IMG/VR virus record: IMGVR_UViG_3300037067_026422
DNA length: 64,000 bases
Strand: one strand, 5' to 3'
From: a virus
Taxonomy: Duplodnaviria > Caudoviricetes
Part shown: positions 1-10,553 of the stretch, piece after piece
Numbering within the stretch: the stretch's first letter is position 1
Layout of the letters: the number at the start of each line of letters is the position of its first letter
The notes under the pieces: generated by a model
Told to the model about the DNA's origin: nothing
Databases searched by the model: none
What the model saw: only the letters and a program-made list of their open reading frames with translations
Made by a program: the position numbers and the translations under genes

Positions 1-99
1 CTGTCTTAACTACCTACCACAATTTATAAATTTTTACAAATATCCCCCCCATAGTATTGATATAAAAAATATCCCCCACCCTTATATAGATTACATCTA

Positions 100-530
100 A
101 CAGCTATTCAATATCTATCCAACATCTATCCAACATCTATCCTGATAAGATCATTTAAAAGTATTACTATTGATCTTATTCCATAATATTGATGATCCCA
201 TAGTAGTACTGATCTTATTACTGCTATTGATATAATCACTAATTGATCCTGATAGAACTATTATTAAGATCAACAGTACTATCGATGGATCCTCTCATAT
301 TAGTATTGTATCCCTCTAATGAATCCTGTATTAGTCCTGATCTGTCATCCCTGATCTTAATATCTAATGGATCCTGTATTAGTCTCGTATCCTTTAATAG
401 ATCCTGTATTAGTATTAACCCTTGTTATTCCTGATATTAGTCCTGACAACCTTGTTAGCCCTGTCATTCCTGATATTAGTATATAATGGATCCTGTATTA
501 ACCCTTGTTATTCCTGATATTAGTATTGTT
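100..530. repeat. Low-complexity non-coding region with short direct repeats
   Basis: ATCTATCC three times at ~113-141; TAAT(G/A)(G/A)ATCCTGTATTA four times at ~318-500; ATTCCTGATATTAGT three times at ~427-524. No credible ORF. Confidence 0.7.
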
Positions 531-639
531 ATTGTTTTCAGATTTTGGAGATTTTAAAATCATGATATTTTCTGCGGACCCCAAACACGCCTGGGCTGTC
601 TTTTCCTATATATAGAGCTTTTTAGCTTTTTTACAAAAC

Positions 640-1037
640 TGCAACATAGAAAGCTTTTCTTGCATGGAATGAATGAGAGAAGAGAAAAACCTTTTCTTCC
701 TTCTTTATCTTGAATAGAGAAAAGCTTTCTGCAACATAGAATAAATTTTCTGCATGGAATGAATGAGAGAAGAGAAAACTTTCTTCCTTATTTATCTTGA
801 ATAAGAAAAAACTTTCTGCAACATAGAAAGCTTTTCTTGCATGGTATGAATAAGAGAAGAGAAAACTTTCTTTCTTATTTATCTTGAATAGGAAAAAACT
901 TTTTGCAACATAGAATAAATTTTCTGCATGGAATGAATGAGAGAAAGGAAAAGCTTTCTTCCTTATTTATCTTGAATAGGAAAAAACTTTCTGCAACATA
1001 GAATAAATTTTCTGCATGGAATGAATGAGAGAAAGGA
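640..1037 (+). repeat. Tandem array of five ~87-90 bp units, each containing TGCAACATAG-N11-TGCATGG
   Basis: Units start at 640, 730, 817, 904 and 992 (last one partial), directly upstream of the first gene. Confidence 0.95.
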
Positions 1038-1046
1038 ATACAAGAT

Positions 1047-1295
1047 ATGATTACCGCTCTTTTATCTGGAACGAATATAAAGCGTGATGGAACTATTCGA
1101 GAATGGAATTGTGTTGAGTATTCTGGTATTCAGCATAAAACAGATAATGAATGTATCATTCGTGTAATAGAAAACAAACAGATCAAACAAATAAATATTG
1201 AAACGTTTTCAGGTATCATACTTACAGGTGATGATATAATAGTATTCGAGAATGGAAAACGTACCTCAAAAGAATGCTACTATCTTCCTTTTTGA
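1047..1295 (+). CDS. Hypothetical protein
   Basis: AAGGA RBS; first ORF after the repeat array. Confidence 0.65.
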   Translation: MITALLSGTNIKRDGTIREWNCVEYSGIQHKTDNECIIRVIENKQIKQINIETFSGIILTGDDIIVFENGKRTSKECYYLPF

Positions 1296-1299
1296 AAAA

Positions 1300-1333
1300 T
1301 GCAACATAGCTTTTAAACTTTGCATGGTATGAA
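1300..1333 (+). promoter_or_regulatory. Bipartite motif TGCAACATAG-N11-TGCATGG (candidate phage promoter)
   Basis: Same motif and spacing as the tandem units; upstream of ORF 1392. Confidence 0.6.
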
Positions 1334-1391
1334 TGAAAGAAAGCTCAAATCGAGCTTTTATTATATCAACATAACATAAAAGGAGTCCTTT

Positions 1392-1841
1392 ATGAATAAA
1401 CTTATTAGTTCTGACACGGCGCGTATTCGTGAAAACGATCGTCGCAAGCAATACACTGCATTGGTTGCTGCAATTCGTGATCGTGACGAAAAGGCGGAAA
1501 AGCGTCTTGTCCCCGGTATCAATCTGTTTGCGTCATCCGCCACAGATTACGGATGGAGACTATCGGACGTTCAGACAGTATATAACCGTCTTGATTCCCG
1601 ATTGAACAGTGATCGTGAGACCCTTGCATACAAAAGACAGGAATTCAATACCCCGAACAATCGTACCTGTCGTCGTGATGCCTCTTCCCTGAAATATCTT
1701 CAAGTAACCATTGACCATCTTACTGATGATGTCCGTATCATTAATCGGTTGCATTCCATCTTTGGAGACGCTCTTCGTCGTCGTGGTCAGCTTGTTGGTA
1801 TCGTGACCATTGATCATGTTGAAAGCTATGCTCACGCATAA
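1392..1841 (+). CDS. Hypothetical protein (Arg-rich)
   Basis: AAGGAG RBS; followed by a hairpin and T-rich tract at ~1848-1892. Confidence 0.8.
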   Translation: MNKLISSDTARIRENDRRKQYTALVAAIRDRDEKAEKRLVPGINLFASSATDYGWRLSDVQTVYNRLDSRLNSDRETLAYKRQEFNTPNNRTCRRDASSLKYLQVTIDHLTDDVRIINRLHSIFGDALRRRGQLVGIVTIDHVESYAHA

Positions 1842-2453
1842 GTACAAAAAGGGAAGATGATTGGTTGATGATCACCTTCCCCCTTTTCCTTTCACTATCA
1901 GATAAGGAATAGATATGGCTTTCCAAAAAGGTTTGGATGATATAGACCATCTTCCAGTGTCCCTATCAAGTCATCGTTCTATACTGACCGTGAATGGCGG
2001 AACACTTCCGACCTTGTATAATATGCGTGACCGTCATGATGACCCATACTATCGTTCCCGTTGTGCTCCAAAAAGAACAAAGAAGGATTTCCGAATAAAT
2101 GGACGTCGTGATTACCGTCCTTGGCAAAGGTTGATATATGCCGAATGAAATAGACATAGCACTGGCACAAGCCCGATCAATATTATATGGTACGAATAGA
2201 CCTATGAGTGATTGGGATCCTTTTGACCTTATAGACTGTGATCCCAGTAACCCTTATCCAGAGGATGTTCATCATGAAGTCATCAAAGAAAATTAAACCT
2301 GTAAGGGTAATCATGATCGTGTTAATGATCATTGGTGCCCTGACCGTGATCGATAATTCAATTCGTCTTGTCCGTGAAATAGTTAATACAGTTTCCAATC
2401 ATCACTGGAATCTTGTCGTCGTAAAATAAACTTTCATCAAAGGAGTCTGTTTT

Positions 2454-2642
2454 ATGTTTAAGAAGATCGGTACCTTCATCGTTGTTGTTCTTGTCGTTGT
2501 TGGTGCATTAAACTTTCATGCCCTGAATGCTCCGGCATTCAAAAGTATTACCGAGACCATGACCACCGAAGCCATCGGGGACATCCCCGGTAAAGTATTC
2601 TCGACAGTTACTTCATATCAATGGAAATTCGTTCGCTCATAA
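2454..2642 (+). CDS. Small membrane protein
   Basis: AAGGAG RBS; N-terminal hydrophobic helix; resembles the upstream ORF ending at 2429. Confidence 0.7.
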   Translation: MFKKIGTFIVVVLVVVGALNFHALNAPAFKSITETMTTEAIGDIPGKVFSTVTSYQWKFVRS

Positions 2643-2644
2643 CA

Positions 2645-2703
2645 TGCAGACGGCTCCCCTATTAATAGGGGAGTAATGCAGCAAGCATGTCCGAAGCCAT
2701 GCT
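2645..2703 (+). ncRNA. Twister ribozyme (P5-type permutation) #1
   Basis: UGCA-GA-CGG-[P1 CUCCCCU/AGGGGAG]-U|AA-UGCA-GC-..[P4 AGCAUG-U-CCG-AA-GC-CAUGCU]. T1 = CCG/CGG, T2 = GC/GC. Predicted cleavage U2674|A2675. Confidence 0.85.
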
Positions 2704-2732
2704 ACCCTATAACAATCAACAGGAGTTTTTTT

Positions 2733-3104
2733 ATGAAGATAACAAAAGAAGTTTTGACTGCAATGAAAATGTGTCGCCGGATGGTATATGTAAAGAGAAC
2801 GGATGGGCAAGTTTATCTTATCTGCTCTGAGATACATGTCAAAAATCTTGATGTGAAGATCGAAAAGGAATTTCCTATTGAAGCTTTCGTAACATATGAT
2901 AAGTTTTATGCTACTTGTTACTCCATTACATCAAACATTCAGACAGTTATATCCTCTCTAAAAGTAGAGGATGACATATTCATTAGAGCAGTTGATTGCC
3001 CGATAAATGACAGCCTGATGCTTGTTGAGATTCATTTGATAGTTACTCGTGGAAAAAGGACATTAGATTTTATTTTATCTGTCACCACATCACAATATTT
3101 ATAA
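2733..3104 (+). CDS. Hypothetical protein flanked by two twister ribozymes
   Basis: AGGAG RBS before ATG 2733; the longer start at 2676 lies inside the ribozyme. Confidence 0.75.
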   Translation: MKITKEVLTAMKMCRRMVYVKRTDGQVYLICSEIHVKNLDVKIEKEFPIEAFVTYDKFYATCYSITSNIQTVISSLKVEDDIFIRAVDCPINDSLMLVEIHLIVTRGKRTLDFILSVTTSQYL

Positions 3105-3105
3105 T

Positions 3106-3164
3106 CGCAGAGGACTCCCTATCAAGAAGGGAGTAATGCGGCTGATCGGTTCCAAGCCCGATCA
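3106..3164 (+). ncRNA. Twister ribozyme (P5-type permutation) #2
   Basis: CGCA-GA-GGA-[P1 CUCCCU/AGGGAG]-U|AA-UGCG-GC-[P4 UGAUCGG-U-UCC-AA-GC-CCGAUCA]. P2, P4 and T1 covary against #1. Predicted cleavage U3134|A3135. Confidence 0.9.
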
Positions 3165-3233
3165 TCTAAACTTATAGATAAGGAAGGTGTATCATGTAGC
3201 GGCATTCTATTTTAGAAAAACTACAGTTTATTT

Positions 3234-3304
3234 TGCAGAGTGGGGGGATACTGTCCCCTTAATGCACCATGATCTTCTTCAGATCATGCCGGTCACAAGT
3301 CCGG
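3234..3304 (+). ncRNA. Twister ribozyme (P5-type, with P3 hairpin) #3
   Basis: UGCA-GA-GUG-[P1 GGGGGA/UCCCCU]-U|AA-UGC-AC-[P3 CAUGAUCU/AGAUCAUG]-[P4 CCGG-U-CAC-AA-GU-CCGG]. T1 = CAC/GUG; T2 probably AC/GU. Predicted cleavage U3260|A3261. Confidence 0.8.
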
Positions 3305-3335
3305 ACAAATCACAAATAACATAAGGGGTCCTGCT

Positions 3336-3536
3336 ATGGCACATTTAAAGTATCCAGTTTCTGTTGATGAAGTTTTGGAGTCTGATGAAATCATCGATTA
3401 CGATTCCGAAGCTGTTGATGATATCATGAATGAATCTGCATTCGCACCTGAGTTTTCGAACAATGCTGAACTGTCCACAGAATATGAAATCATGGCACAT
3501 CAGCTCTTCATCCTCATGAGTGAGTCTAACTCATGA
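3336..3536 (+). CDS. Small acidic hypothetical protein
   Basis: RBS present; many Asp/Glu; ATGA overlap with the next ORF. Confidence 0.7.
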   Translation: MAHLKYPVSVDEVLESDEIIDYDSEAVDDIMNESAFAPEFSNNAELSTEYEIMAHQLFILMSESNS

Positions 3537-4064
3537 ACGAGAGGAAAGATTGGAAAGACTGTCTACGTAAATTTGAACAGGAGTGTAATAAAATGGGTAC
3601 ACCAAGCTCTACCAACACCTATCCCGATCGGGATACTACTATCATGCCTGATGAGATACTCAATCTTATCATCCTTCTCAATACCACCAATGATGTTAAT
3701 GAATTCCTGCGCGAGATAAAATGAGATATCCAAACAATACCTCTGTCAGTATCCCTCAGGGGATACCTGATAGTGACATTGAAAAGCTTATGAGTATCAT
3801 AAGTGAACAGGACGGTATACAATATGTAGGGTACACTACACTACGATTGTCCCGCCCTGCTATCTGCTTACATGCCGAACAACATAGTACTCAACGTACC
3901 TTATCCGTTGAGCTGGCAAAAAAAATCTTATCCGAAGGAGTTAATCATGAGTGAAAAAGAAATCCGTCAATGGATGACCACAGGCCTTACTCGTTCAGAA
4001 GCAATCGAAGAAATCAAATACTGGCAGGCTGTTTCGAACATGCTAAAAGTAAGGAGTTAATACT

Positions 4065-4463
4065 ATGAGTCTCACATGGATTAATAAGAATGAAGTCCTA
4101 TATCATCTTGATAATGGAAACACCATTCACTACAAGATAGTGGGTGGTACTGCTTATCACTTTGATACTCCTGAAGCAGTAGTCAACATCATAGAGGATG
4201 CCCTTCGTAATCGTTTTGAAATCCGTCTTCGCTTTGGTTATGGGGACACGAAGGATGGTCGTGACTGGGGTGAACAATGTGACACGACTGGGTATATCGG
4301 ACGGTCGTCTGGTACGATCAAGGTCCCATTGCTTCTAAGCAAAATCACCAGCCATGACGGTGGATCTCTTCTTGATCACTGCATAGTACGAATCGAGAGT
4401 AAACGCCGTAAAGACCACGACTTTACTGAAGTCTACCGACACCCAAAATATCACAAGGAGTAA
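4065..4463 (+). CDS. Conserved phage hypothetical protein
   Basis: AAGGAG RBS; motif YGD..G.DW.E..D..G.IGRS.G..K.PLL recalled from phage hypothetical proteins. Confidence 0.75.
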   Translation: MSLTWINKNEVLYHLDNGNTIHYKIVGGTAYHFDTPEAVVNIIEDALRNRFEIRLRFGYGDTKDGRDWGEQCDTTGYIGRSSGTIKVPLLLSKITSHDGGSLLDHCIVRIESKRRKDHDFTEVYRHPKYHKE

Positions 4464-4466
4464 CCT

Positions 4467-4715
4467 ATGTGTAACTCATGTGGGGTAATGCACATCAATG
4501 GTGTCCTCTGCCATGAGACCGGATGCCCTGACGCATGGAAGGAAGGGACACGTGAATGTAAATGGTGCGGGGGAGAGTTCAAACCTGAAGAAAAGCATCA
4601 GGACTGTTGTGGGCATAGCTGCTCAGTAGCTTACCACAATTTATCCTGTGACTGTAATGAGTGTAACCATGAAGGAGATAACCATGAAGAAGAAAACGTC
4701 GAAGAAGGATCGTAG
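4467..4715 (+). CDS. Cys-rich small (zinc-binding) protein
   Basis: Several CxxC motifs; AAGGAG RBS. Confidence 0.7.
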   Translation: MCNSCGVMHINGVLCHETGCPDAWKEGTRECKWCGGEFKPEEKHQDCCGHSCSVAYHNLSCDCNECNHEGDNHEEENVEEGS

Positions 4716-4948
4716 GACAAAAAAGCAGAAACCAGTTACTCTGACTTCCATGATCAAGATCATAGGTCAGATGACTTCTGGGCTTGTCCCGGAACCGTTG
4801 ACTGCTCATGTAGTGGTACCCTCAAAACCATCAAAGGTGAGAAGTCGTAAGGAAGCAATCACAAAGCTTACCAAGATGACTACACGAATCAATCTCAATG
4901 GTCTAAATGATCTTCTGGCAACCGCCAGTGAAATGAAGAGACAATAAA

Positions 4949-4975
4949 CGGGGGACAATAGTGTCCCCTTTCTTT
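4949..4975 (+). terminator. Intrinsic terminator
   Basis: GGGGACA-ATAG-TGTCCCC followed by TTTCTTT. Confidence 0.7.
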
Positions 4976-5015
4976 AATCTTGAATATCACAAATAATATA
5001 AAGGAATCTTATACT

Positions 5016-5459
5016 ATGAGTAACTCAATCAGACTTCATCATACACATGGCCTCGCTCCCGTTCTCACCTTCTGTCGTATCTGTGGCAGTGATAGTGAAA
5101 TAGCTTTGCTTGGTGCAGGTGCCGATAAAGTAATGCGCGAAGTACAAAAAGCCATGGGTCAGGAAGAACGGGGCTATAAAGGTACAACCAGTGATCGCAT
5201 CCCCTCTCAAAATCTCTGTGATACCTGTCAGGGAATACTGGATGGTGGTGGTACGATCATCATGGCTGATGATACAAAAGAATATCTGCGCCTTGCAAGT
5301 GAACAAGTAGATTTGTTAATTGGAAAAATCGTGGATGCTAAAGATCGTATACTTGACTTCAATGCTGTGCGTGGCAAAGTACTTACCATACCAAAAGCAT
5401 TCTGGTATGCTGAGGGGGATAATATCCGTCTCAGGGATCCTAAAGAATGGACCATATGA
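5016..5459 (+). CDS. Hypothetical protein with two CxxC motifs
   Basis: CRIC and CDTC; AAGGA RBS before ATG 5016. Confidence 0.75.
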   Translation: MSNSIRLHHTHGLAPVLTFCRICGSDSEIALLGAGADKVMREVQKAMGQEERGYKGTTSDRIPSQNLCDTCQGILDGGGTIIMADDTKEYLRLASEQVDLLIGKIVDAKDRILDFNAVRGKVLTIPKAFWYAEGDNIRLRDPKEWTI

Positions 5460-5685
5460 AACATTTAAAAAATGGAACAAGGGTTGTTGTTTCCTCTTGC
5501 TCCGGAATAGATTCTGGAAAATCTGCAACAGTGAGTTATGGGTTACCCATTGAAGATAGTTATACCCGATACCTGATTACCAATCGCAAATGGATCCCCA
5601 TTAAATGTGATGACGGCAGCATTACTGCCATGCCACATAACCGTTTGATCATATAATATAACAAATCAAAAAGGAGTCTTATACT

Positions 5686-6429
5686 ATGGCTAAAAAGACT
5701 AATGAAGTTACTGCTCGTGAAGTCGATCTTGCTGCAGCAGTCTTGGCGAAATTCGTAGTCAAAGCAGAGTTCGCACATCTCAAGCGCCCCATAGAGATGG
5801 TATTGGGGGGTGCCATGATCCCCTTTCTACAAGCACAGGCAACAGAAAAGAATCCGGAAGTCGATACAGTCATCGAGATGTTCTCGAAAGAGAATATTGA
5901 GAAGATGCTTGATCCGGAAGAAGTAGTCGTAGAAATCCCCGTTGATCGAGTCCTTGAAACCATCAAGCTGATCCGAGGTAAGTTTCGTAGAGTCAAGAAG
6001 GGTCTTAATAAGATCTGTCGTAAGGAAAGAGCTCTTGATTCCTACTGCAGAGATACCATGATCAGATGGTGGAATGTGAATCAGCGCCTGATCCCCGATG
6101 GTGATCCAATATGTGCATCCATAGCACAACAGGTCAATGAAGAGTGCCCCAATGAAGATCCATTATCCAGCATGCAGACTGCAGGGTACTTCTCATATCT
6201 CTGTCGACTGGGTCTTATGGTGGAATCTTCACGTCAGTTATGTATCGAAAGGGCACTCAAGAAAGGAATGATCACCGTTAAACCCGTCTTCTCTTCAAAG
6301 CTCATCAAAGTAATAGAAGAAAACTGGAGACAGGAACGTGCTGATGAGGTACAGCGGGAAAAAGATCATAAGATATTAATCAAACAACGTGAGCAGGGAG
6401 ATTTTTCCCCTATCATAGCCGAAGAATAA
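5686..6429 (+). CDS. Hypothetical protein
   Basis: 247 aa; AAGGAG RBS; downstream hairpin at ~6441-6465. Confidence 0.85.
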   Translation: MAKKTNEVTAREVDLAAAVLAKFVVKAEFAHLKRPIEMVLGGAMIPFLQAQATEKNPEVDTVIEMFSKENIEKMLDPEEVVVEIPVDRVLETIKLIRGKFRRVKKGLNKICRKERALDSYCRDTMIRWWNVNQRLIPDGDPICASIAQQVNEECPNEDPLSSMQTAGYFSYLCRLGLMVESSRQLCIERALKKGMITVKPVFSSKLIKVIEENWRQERADEVQREKDHKILIKQREQGDFSPIIAEE

Positions 6430-6481
6430 CACATTCATCCAGAGGGGGTTGAATTCCCCCTCTCTTTCTAAGGAGATAGGT

Positions 6482-7096
6482 ATGGATAACACCAATCTTG
6501 GATATCATTTAATCAATTGTATCCTTACTCACTATCCGGGGGGTGCTCAAGGATTCCTTGATGATGGTGGAAGTATCGCTGCCGTCCCGAATTTGAATAC
6601 TTGTGTCATCTATCTTAAGGATGTACCTCCAGCATTTCAAGAGTTCATAGACAAGCTCAATAAAAATGGAGTGTTTAAAATCGAGATTGTTAACCGAGTT
6701 AACTTCGAGGGTCTAACTCCTAAAGAAGCTATGTCCCAGATATCAGAAGCATGTATTACCATAGGCAGCAAGTATCGCCTTAAAGAAATAATCATCAATC
6801 ACATAAGTAAAGTGTTATTCGTAGTGTCCATCACAGATAGACTGCTCAGTGATAAAGATGTCGCTGAGATAGCCCATATCTTCATGCACACCGTCAAAGG
6901 CCTTATTCGAGGCGTGATAGTACAAGGGTATGATACCTTTGCTTTTTCTGCTCCAGTTCCCACCACACCTCAACAATCTGAAGTCCTCCCCGAAAAGATC
7001 ATAGAAGGTCCGGGGATATCCAAGGATGCTATCATAGATCTTAAGATAGCTTTGGGTCAATCTGAAGATGTTCTTGATTTTCTTAAACGCATATAA
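6482..7096 (+). CDS. Hypothetical protein
   Basis: AAGGAG RBS before ATG 6482. Confidence 0.8.
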   Translation: MDNTNLGYHLINCILTHYPGGAQGFLDDGGSIAAVPNLNTCVIYLKDVPPAFQEFIDKLNKNGVFKIEIVNRVNFEGLTPKEAMSQISEACITIGSKYRLKEIIINHISKVLFVVSITDRLLSDKDVAEIAHIFMHTVKGLIRGVIVQGYDTFAFSAPVPTTPQQSEVLPEKIIEGPGISKDAIIDLKIALGQSEDVLDFLKRI

Positions 7097-7604
7097 GGAG
7101 TTATCCTATGGATAAAATTAACTATAAAAGATTCGCAGTCGGTGATAAAGTATCCGTTAAGCAGCCCGATACTGCTTATGATCAGGCTCCCGACATCACA
7201 CCGGATATGATTGGTACGATCAAAGCCTTCCCGCCTAAAGTACGTAAGATCAAGGGGCCTCTCTTCGATCGAGGGGATTACTTTGCTTATATCGAATTTG
7301 ATAAGACTCGCACGATAGGGGAACACACCCATAACATTCGTGCCGGTATCGACACCTGCAACCTCAGAAAGGTACGATCATGAATAAACCCCTACCCAAT
7401 CCAATAGCCGAACAGGATGCTAATGATATCGCTGAAGTCTGGCTGCTGAAAGGAAAAGACTCTGCTGCAGAACAATTCAATGTGGTCTGTGTTAAGCGTA
7501 GACTTAAAAGATATGAATCTGTAATCCTTCTCAATCGTACCCTGCAGATACTAATCGAAAAGGGAATCTGTATCGGTAGTACTACTTTAGCTTAAGGAGT
7601 TACC

Positions 7605-8303
7605 ATGAATTTATATAATCTTATCTATGAAATCACTCGTAGATGCAATGCTACTTGTGAACATTGCCTGCGTGGTGATGCACAGGACTTAGATATATCT
7701 GAAGCTGCCATAGATGCCTCTCTTCAGGGTGTCAATTATATATCCAGTGTATGCTTCACCGGGGGAGAACCCTCTCTTGCGGTAGACAAGATAAAATATT
7801 TCCTGAAGGCAGTAAAAGAACGTCATATCTCTGTTAGTTCCTTCTATGTCGTGACCAATGGAAAGAAACCAAGTCTTGATCTCTGTTTGGTTCTTATGGA
7901 GTTATATGCATACTGTGATGATAATGAAGCAACTTCCTTCTGTATTTCCAAAGATCAGTATCATACAGATAACATAGGTGATACTGATGAAGCAGACAAG
8001 CTATATAAAGCTTTGTCTTTTTATAATGCTGATGAGCGTGATCAGGATATCAAATCCTTGGTAGATGAAGGTCGTGCAAATGAAAGGGGCATAGGGGAGC
8101 GAAAAGCGGGTGTCGAGATCTCCCTTGAGAAGGATGAGGATGGTACCATCTCCTCCATAGAGAGTACGGTATATGTGAATGCTCTTGGTGATGTGGTGCC
8201 GGGCTGTGACCTGTCCTTCGAGTCTCAGGAAGAGAAGAAAATCGGATCTGTCTTCCAGAATACCCTCGAAGAAATCTATTTAAGACAGGATACCACCGTA
8301 TGA
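7605..8303 (+). CDS. Radical SAM protein
   Basis: CxxxCxxC (CNATCEHC), TGGEP and VTNG motifs; C-terminal twitch-like VYVNALGDVVPGC. Confidence 0.9.
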   Translation: MNLYNLIYEITRRCNATCEHCLRGDAQDLDISEAAIDASLQGVNYISSVCFTGGEPSLAVDKIKYFLKAVKERHISVSSFYVVTNGKKPSLDLCLVLMELYAYCDDNEATSFCISKDQYHTDNIGDTDEADKLYKALSFYNADERDQDIKSLVDEGRANERGIGERKAGVEISLEKDEDGTISSIESTVYVNALGDVVPGCDLSFESQEEKKIGSVFQNTLEEIYLRQDTTV

Positions 8304-8456
8304 ATGTTAAATGCTCGAAGACTCTCCCTTACTACTTCAAGAATGATAAGGGGAGAATGACGAACGTCGATACCTTCAAACGTGAGGCAGACGAACAAGA
8401 TATTGAAGAGCTGAAGAAACGTGGGTATAGGATAAGGAGGTACAAATGATTTACAA

Positions 8457-8852
8457 ATGATTTACATAGAATTATTCCACGGTCATCATACCCCCGATGA
8501 AGAACTCGATGAATGGGGCTTTCAAGGCCCCATCCTCGGACCCTTCCCTTTCTTTCATATGACTTATGGTGATGACATCAAGTTAGGTGATGGTGGTCTT
8601 ATGATACGCGGGGAGCATTATGCGTTCCCGGCTCCTGATAAAGATGGTTTTATCTATTTTCTGGGTGCGTACTATGGGGATATGTCCATCTCCGATGGTG
8701 AGACTATCCTTAAGTCTCCTGATCTTATAGATCGGATACGGGATACCAAGAAAGCATTTGAGATTACCGGGAATGATTTCGGTATGTACATCAATGATCC
8801 AACAGAATGGATCAAGCATTATGCACACTGTAAGCTGAAAGGTATCTTATGA
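8457..8852 (+). CDS. Hypothetical protein with degenerate C-terminal tag module
   Basis: Ends DFGMYINDPTEWIKHYAHCKLKGIL. Confidence 0.75.
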   Translation: MIYIELFHGHHTPDEELDEWGFQGPILGPFPFFHMTYGDDIKLGDGGLMIRGEHYAFPAPDKDGFIYFLGAYYGDMSISDGETILKSPDLIDRIRDTKKAFEITGNDFGMYINDPTEWIKHYAHCKLKGIL

Positions 8853-9400
8853 ACTTCAAATCAAATGAAGACATCAAGAAGCTTCGATCTCTTGAGTACT
8901 ATCTTGATCCTCGTCAGAAGATATCACCCTACTGGAAAGAGATCATAATAAGAAAGCTTAAGGCAATCTTCGCTATGCCTTCAGGTATCGACTCCGAGCC
9001 TATGGATGCCTATCGGGTAATCGGACAGCAATCTATCCGGATAGAGCTTATTGAAGAGCTCAATAGCATTATCATGGAACAGACTACAAACTATCATTTC
9101 ATCAAAGTATGGGCAAAGGAACTATATGAGCTATGGAAGCTCAGCCATGAGATGAGAGACGATGCCCGATCCATGGCACTCTCCTTAAGAGCTAATGGAT
9201 TCACTGACGGCTTCTATGACCCCAATACCATGATACAGGTAGATTGTCCTCACTGTACCATAAAGCATGTGGTTAAGATACATCACAATGAGGTACAACT
9301 GTTCACCTGTCCAAAAACAAATAAAGAATATGAGGCAAAGTTTCATGCAACAAAGGAGACAGCCAATGAGCGACAGACCGAGGTACCAACAAGGGATTAG
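8849..9400 (+). CDS. Hypothetical protein with C-terminal zinc-ribbon-like motif
   Basis: CPHC followed by FTCP; ATGA overlap with the previous ORF. Confidence 0.7.
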   Translation: MNFKSNEDIKKLRSLEYYLDPRQKISPYWKEIIIRKLKAIFAMPSGIDSEPMDAYRVIGQQSIRIELIEELNSIIMEQTTNYHFIKVWAKELYELWKLSHEMRDDARSMALSLRANGFTDGFYDPNTMIQVDCPHCTIKHVVKIHHNEVQLFTCPKTNKEYEAKFHATKETANERQTEVPTRD

Positions 9401-10553
9401 TCTTAAGTATGGAAGTAAGTCAGTGATCTTCCGTGATGCAACAGACATCACCGTCAATAAGCATACCTTAGCATTCCAAACTGTTGTACGATGTCTCGGA
9501 AACAATACCGTAGATGTCTACAACGATGAAGGAACAAAAGTAGGTACGAAGAGAGCATTTACCTTACATGATGAGCAATGGGTGACAAGAACGGATACAC
9601 ACATCCCTAACCCTACACTTATTGATTACGAAAATGGTGACGACAGGGATCATACGAAAGTAATAGCTTACCTGTCTCACATAGACGAGTTCAAAGTTAT
9701 CGCAGGATACTAACGCAAAGCCTACTACAGCTGAGGAGGGATCTTATGGAAAAGATGAAGAACACCAGACCTGTTAAACTGGATACTATGTGTGGATTGA
9801 TCCCGTGCAAGATTATCCAGTTCTTGAGTTATTCTAATTGCACAAACAAATATGGGGTGGATAACATCCCATCAAGTGGTACCAAGATACAGGTAGAAGT
9901 CACCAAGGATTCCTATGGGTTTAAGAAAGGTGAAATCCTTGAGTACTGGTCGACCGATGTTATCCCATCGCATAAAATTGCAAGGAATAAATATTCCTCA
10001 TGTATCAGGGGGTATAGATTAACTGCTTACTTCGTTGATGATAAAATTCCAGAAGCACTAATGACACTAAAGGAGGCTCTATGAAAGTATTTATAATAAA
10101 AAGGGGTTTCATTGCTGGTTCGGGGCATTCCGTTACTGTGGTTAAAGCTATAAATGATACGGAGGCACTAAATAAGTATAAAGAACATCTGCACATGGAC
10201 TGCCTTCCCATTGGTATAGGTGTACAGGAAATAACAGAAGATGTTTGTGAAGTTTATCATTATGACAACCCTTTATACAAAGGATGAGGAGGCTCTATGA
10301 GCTGTCCATATCTTTCTGAATGTATCCGACCCGGCACACCCCAAAGTATCCGGGATTGGATACTCTTTACTGACAGGCACCATCAAGGAGATAAAACACC
10401 CTCTCAGACAATAAAATCTTATAGAGGCACGGAGATTGCCCTATATATAGACTTTAAGAAGGTTAGTCGTCTTCGTAGGGAATCAAGAAAAAGAGAAGAA
10501 CTTCAGAATCAGTCCTTGTCGTTCTATCACTTTCACATAAAAATGGAGAATCT

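Noticed and set aside
640-1037. Tandem repeats as a CRISPR array
   Set aside because: Whole units are near-identical, with no unique spacers.
2155-2180. Possible fourth twister ribozyme (TGGCACAAGCCCGATC resembles the P4/L4 loop)
   Set aside because: No UAA-P2 or P1 elements nearby and P4 pairs poorly; at most a remnant.
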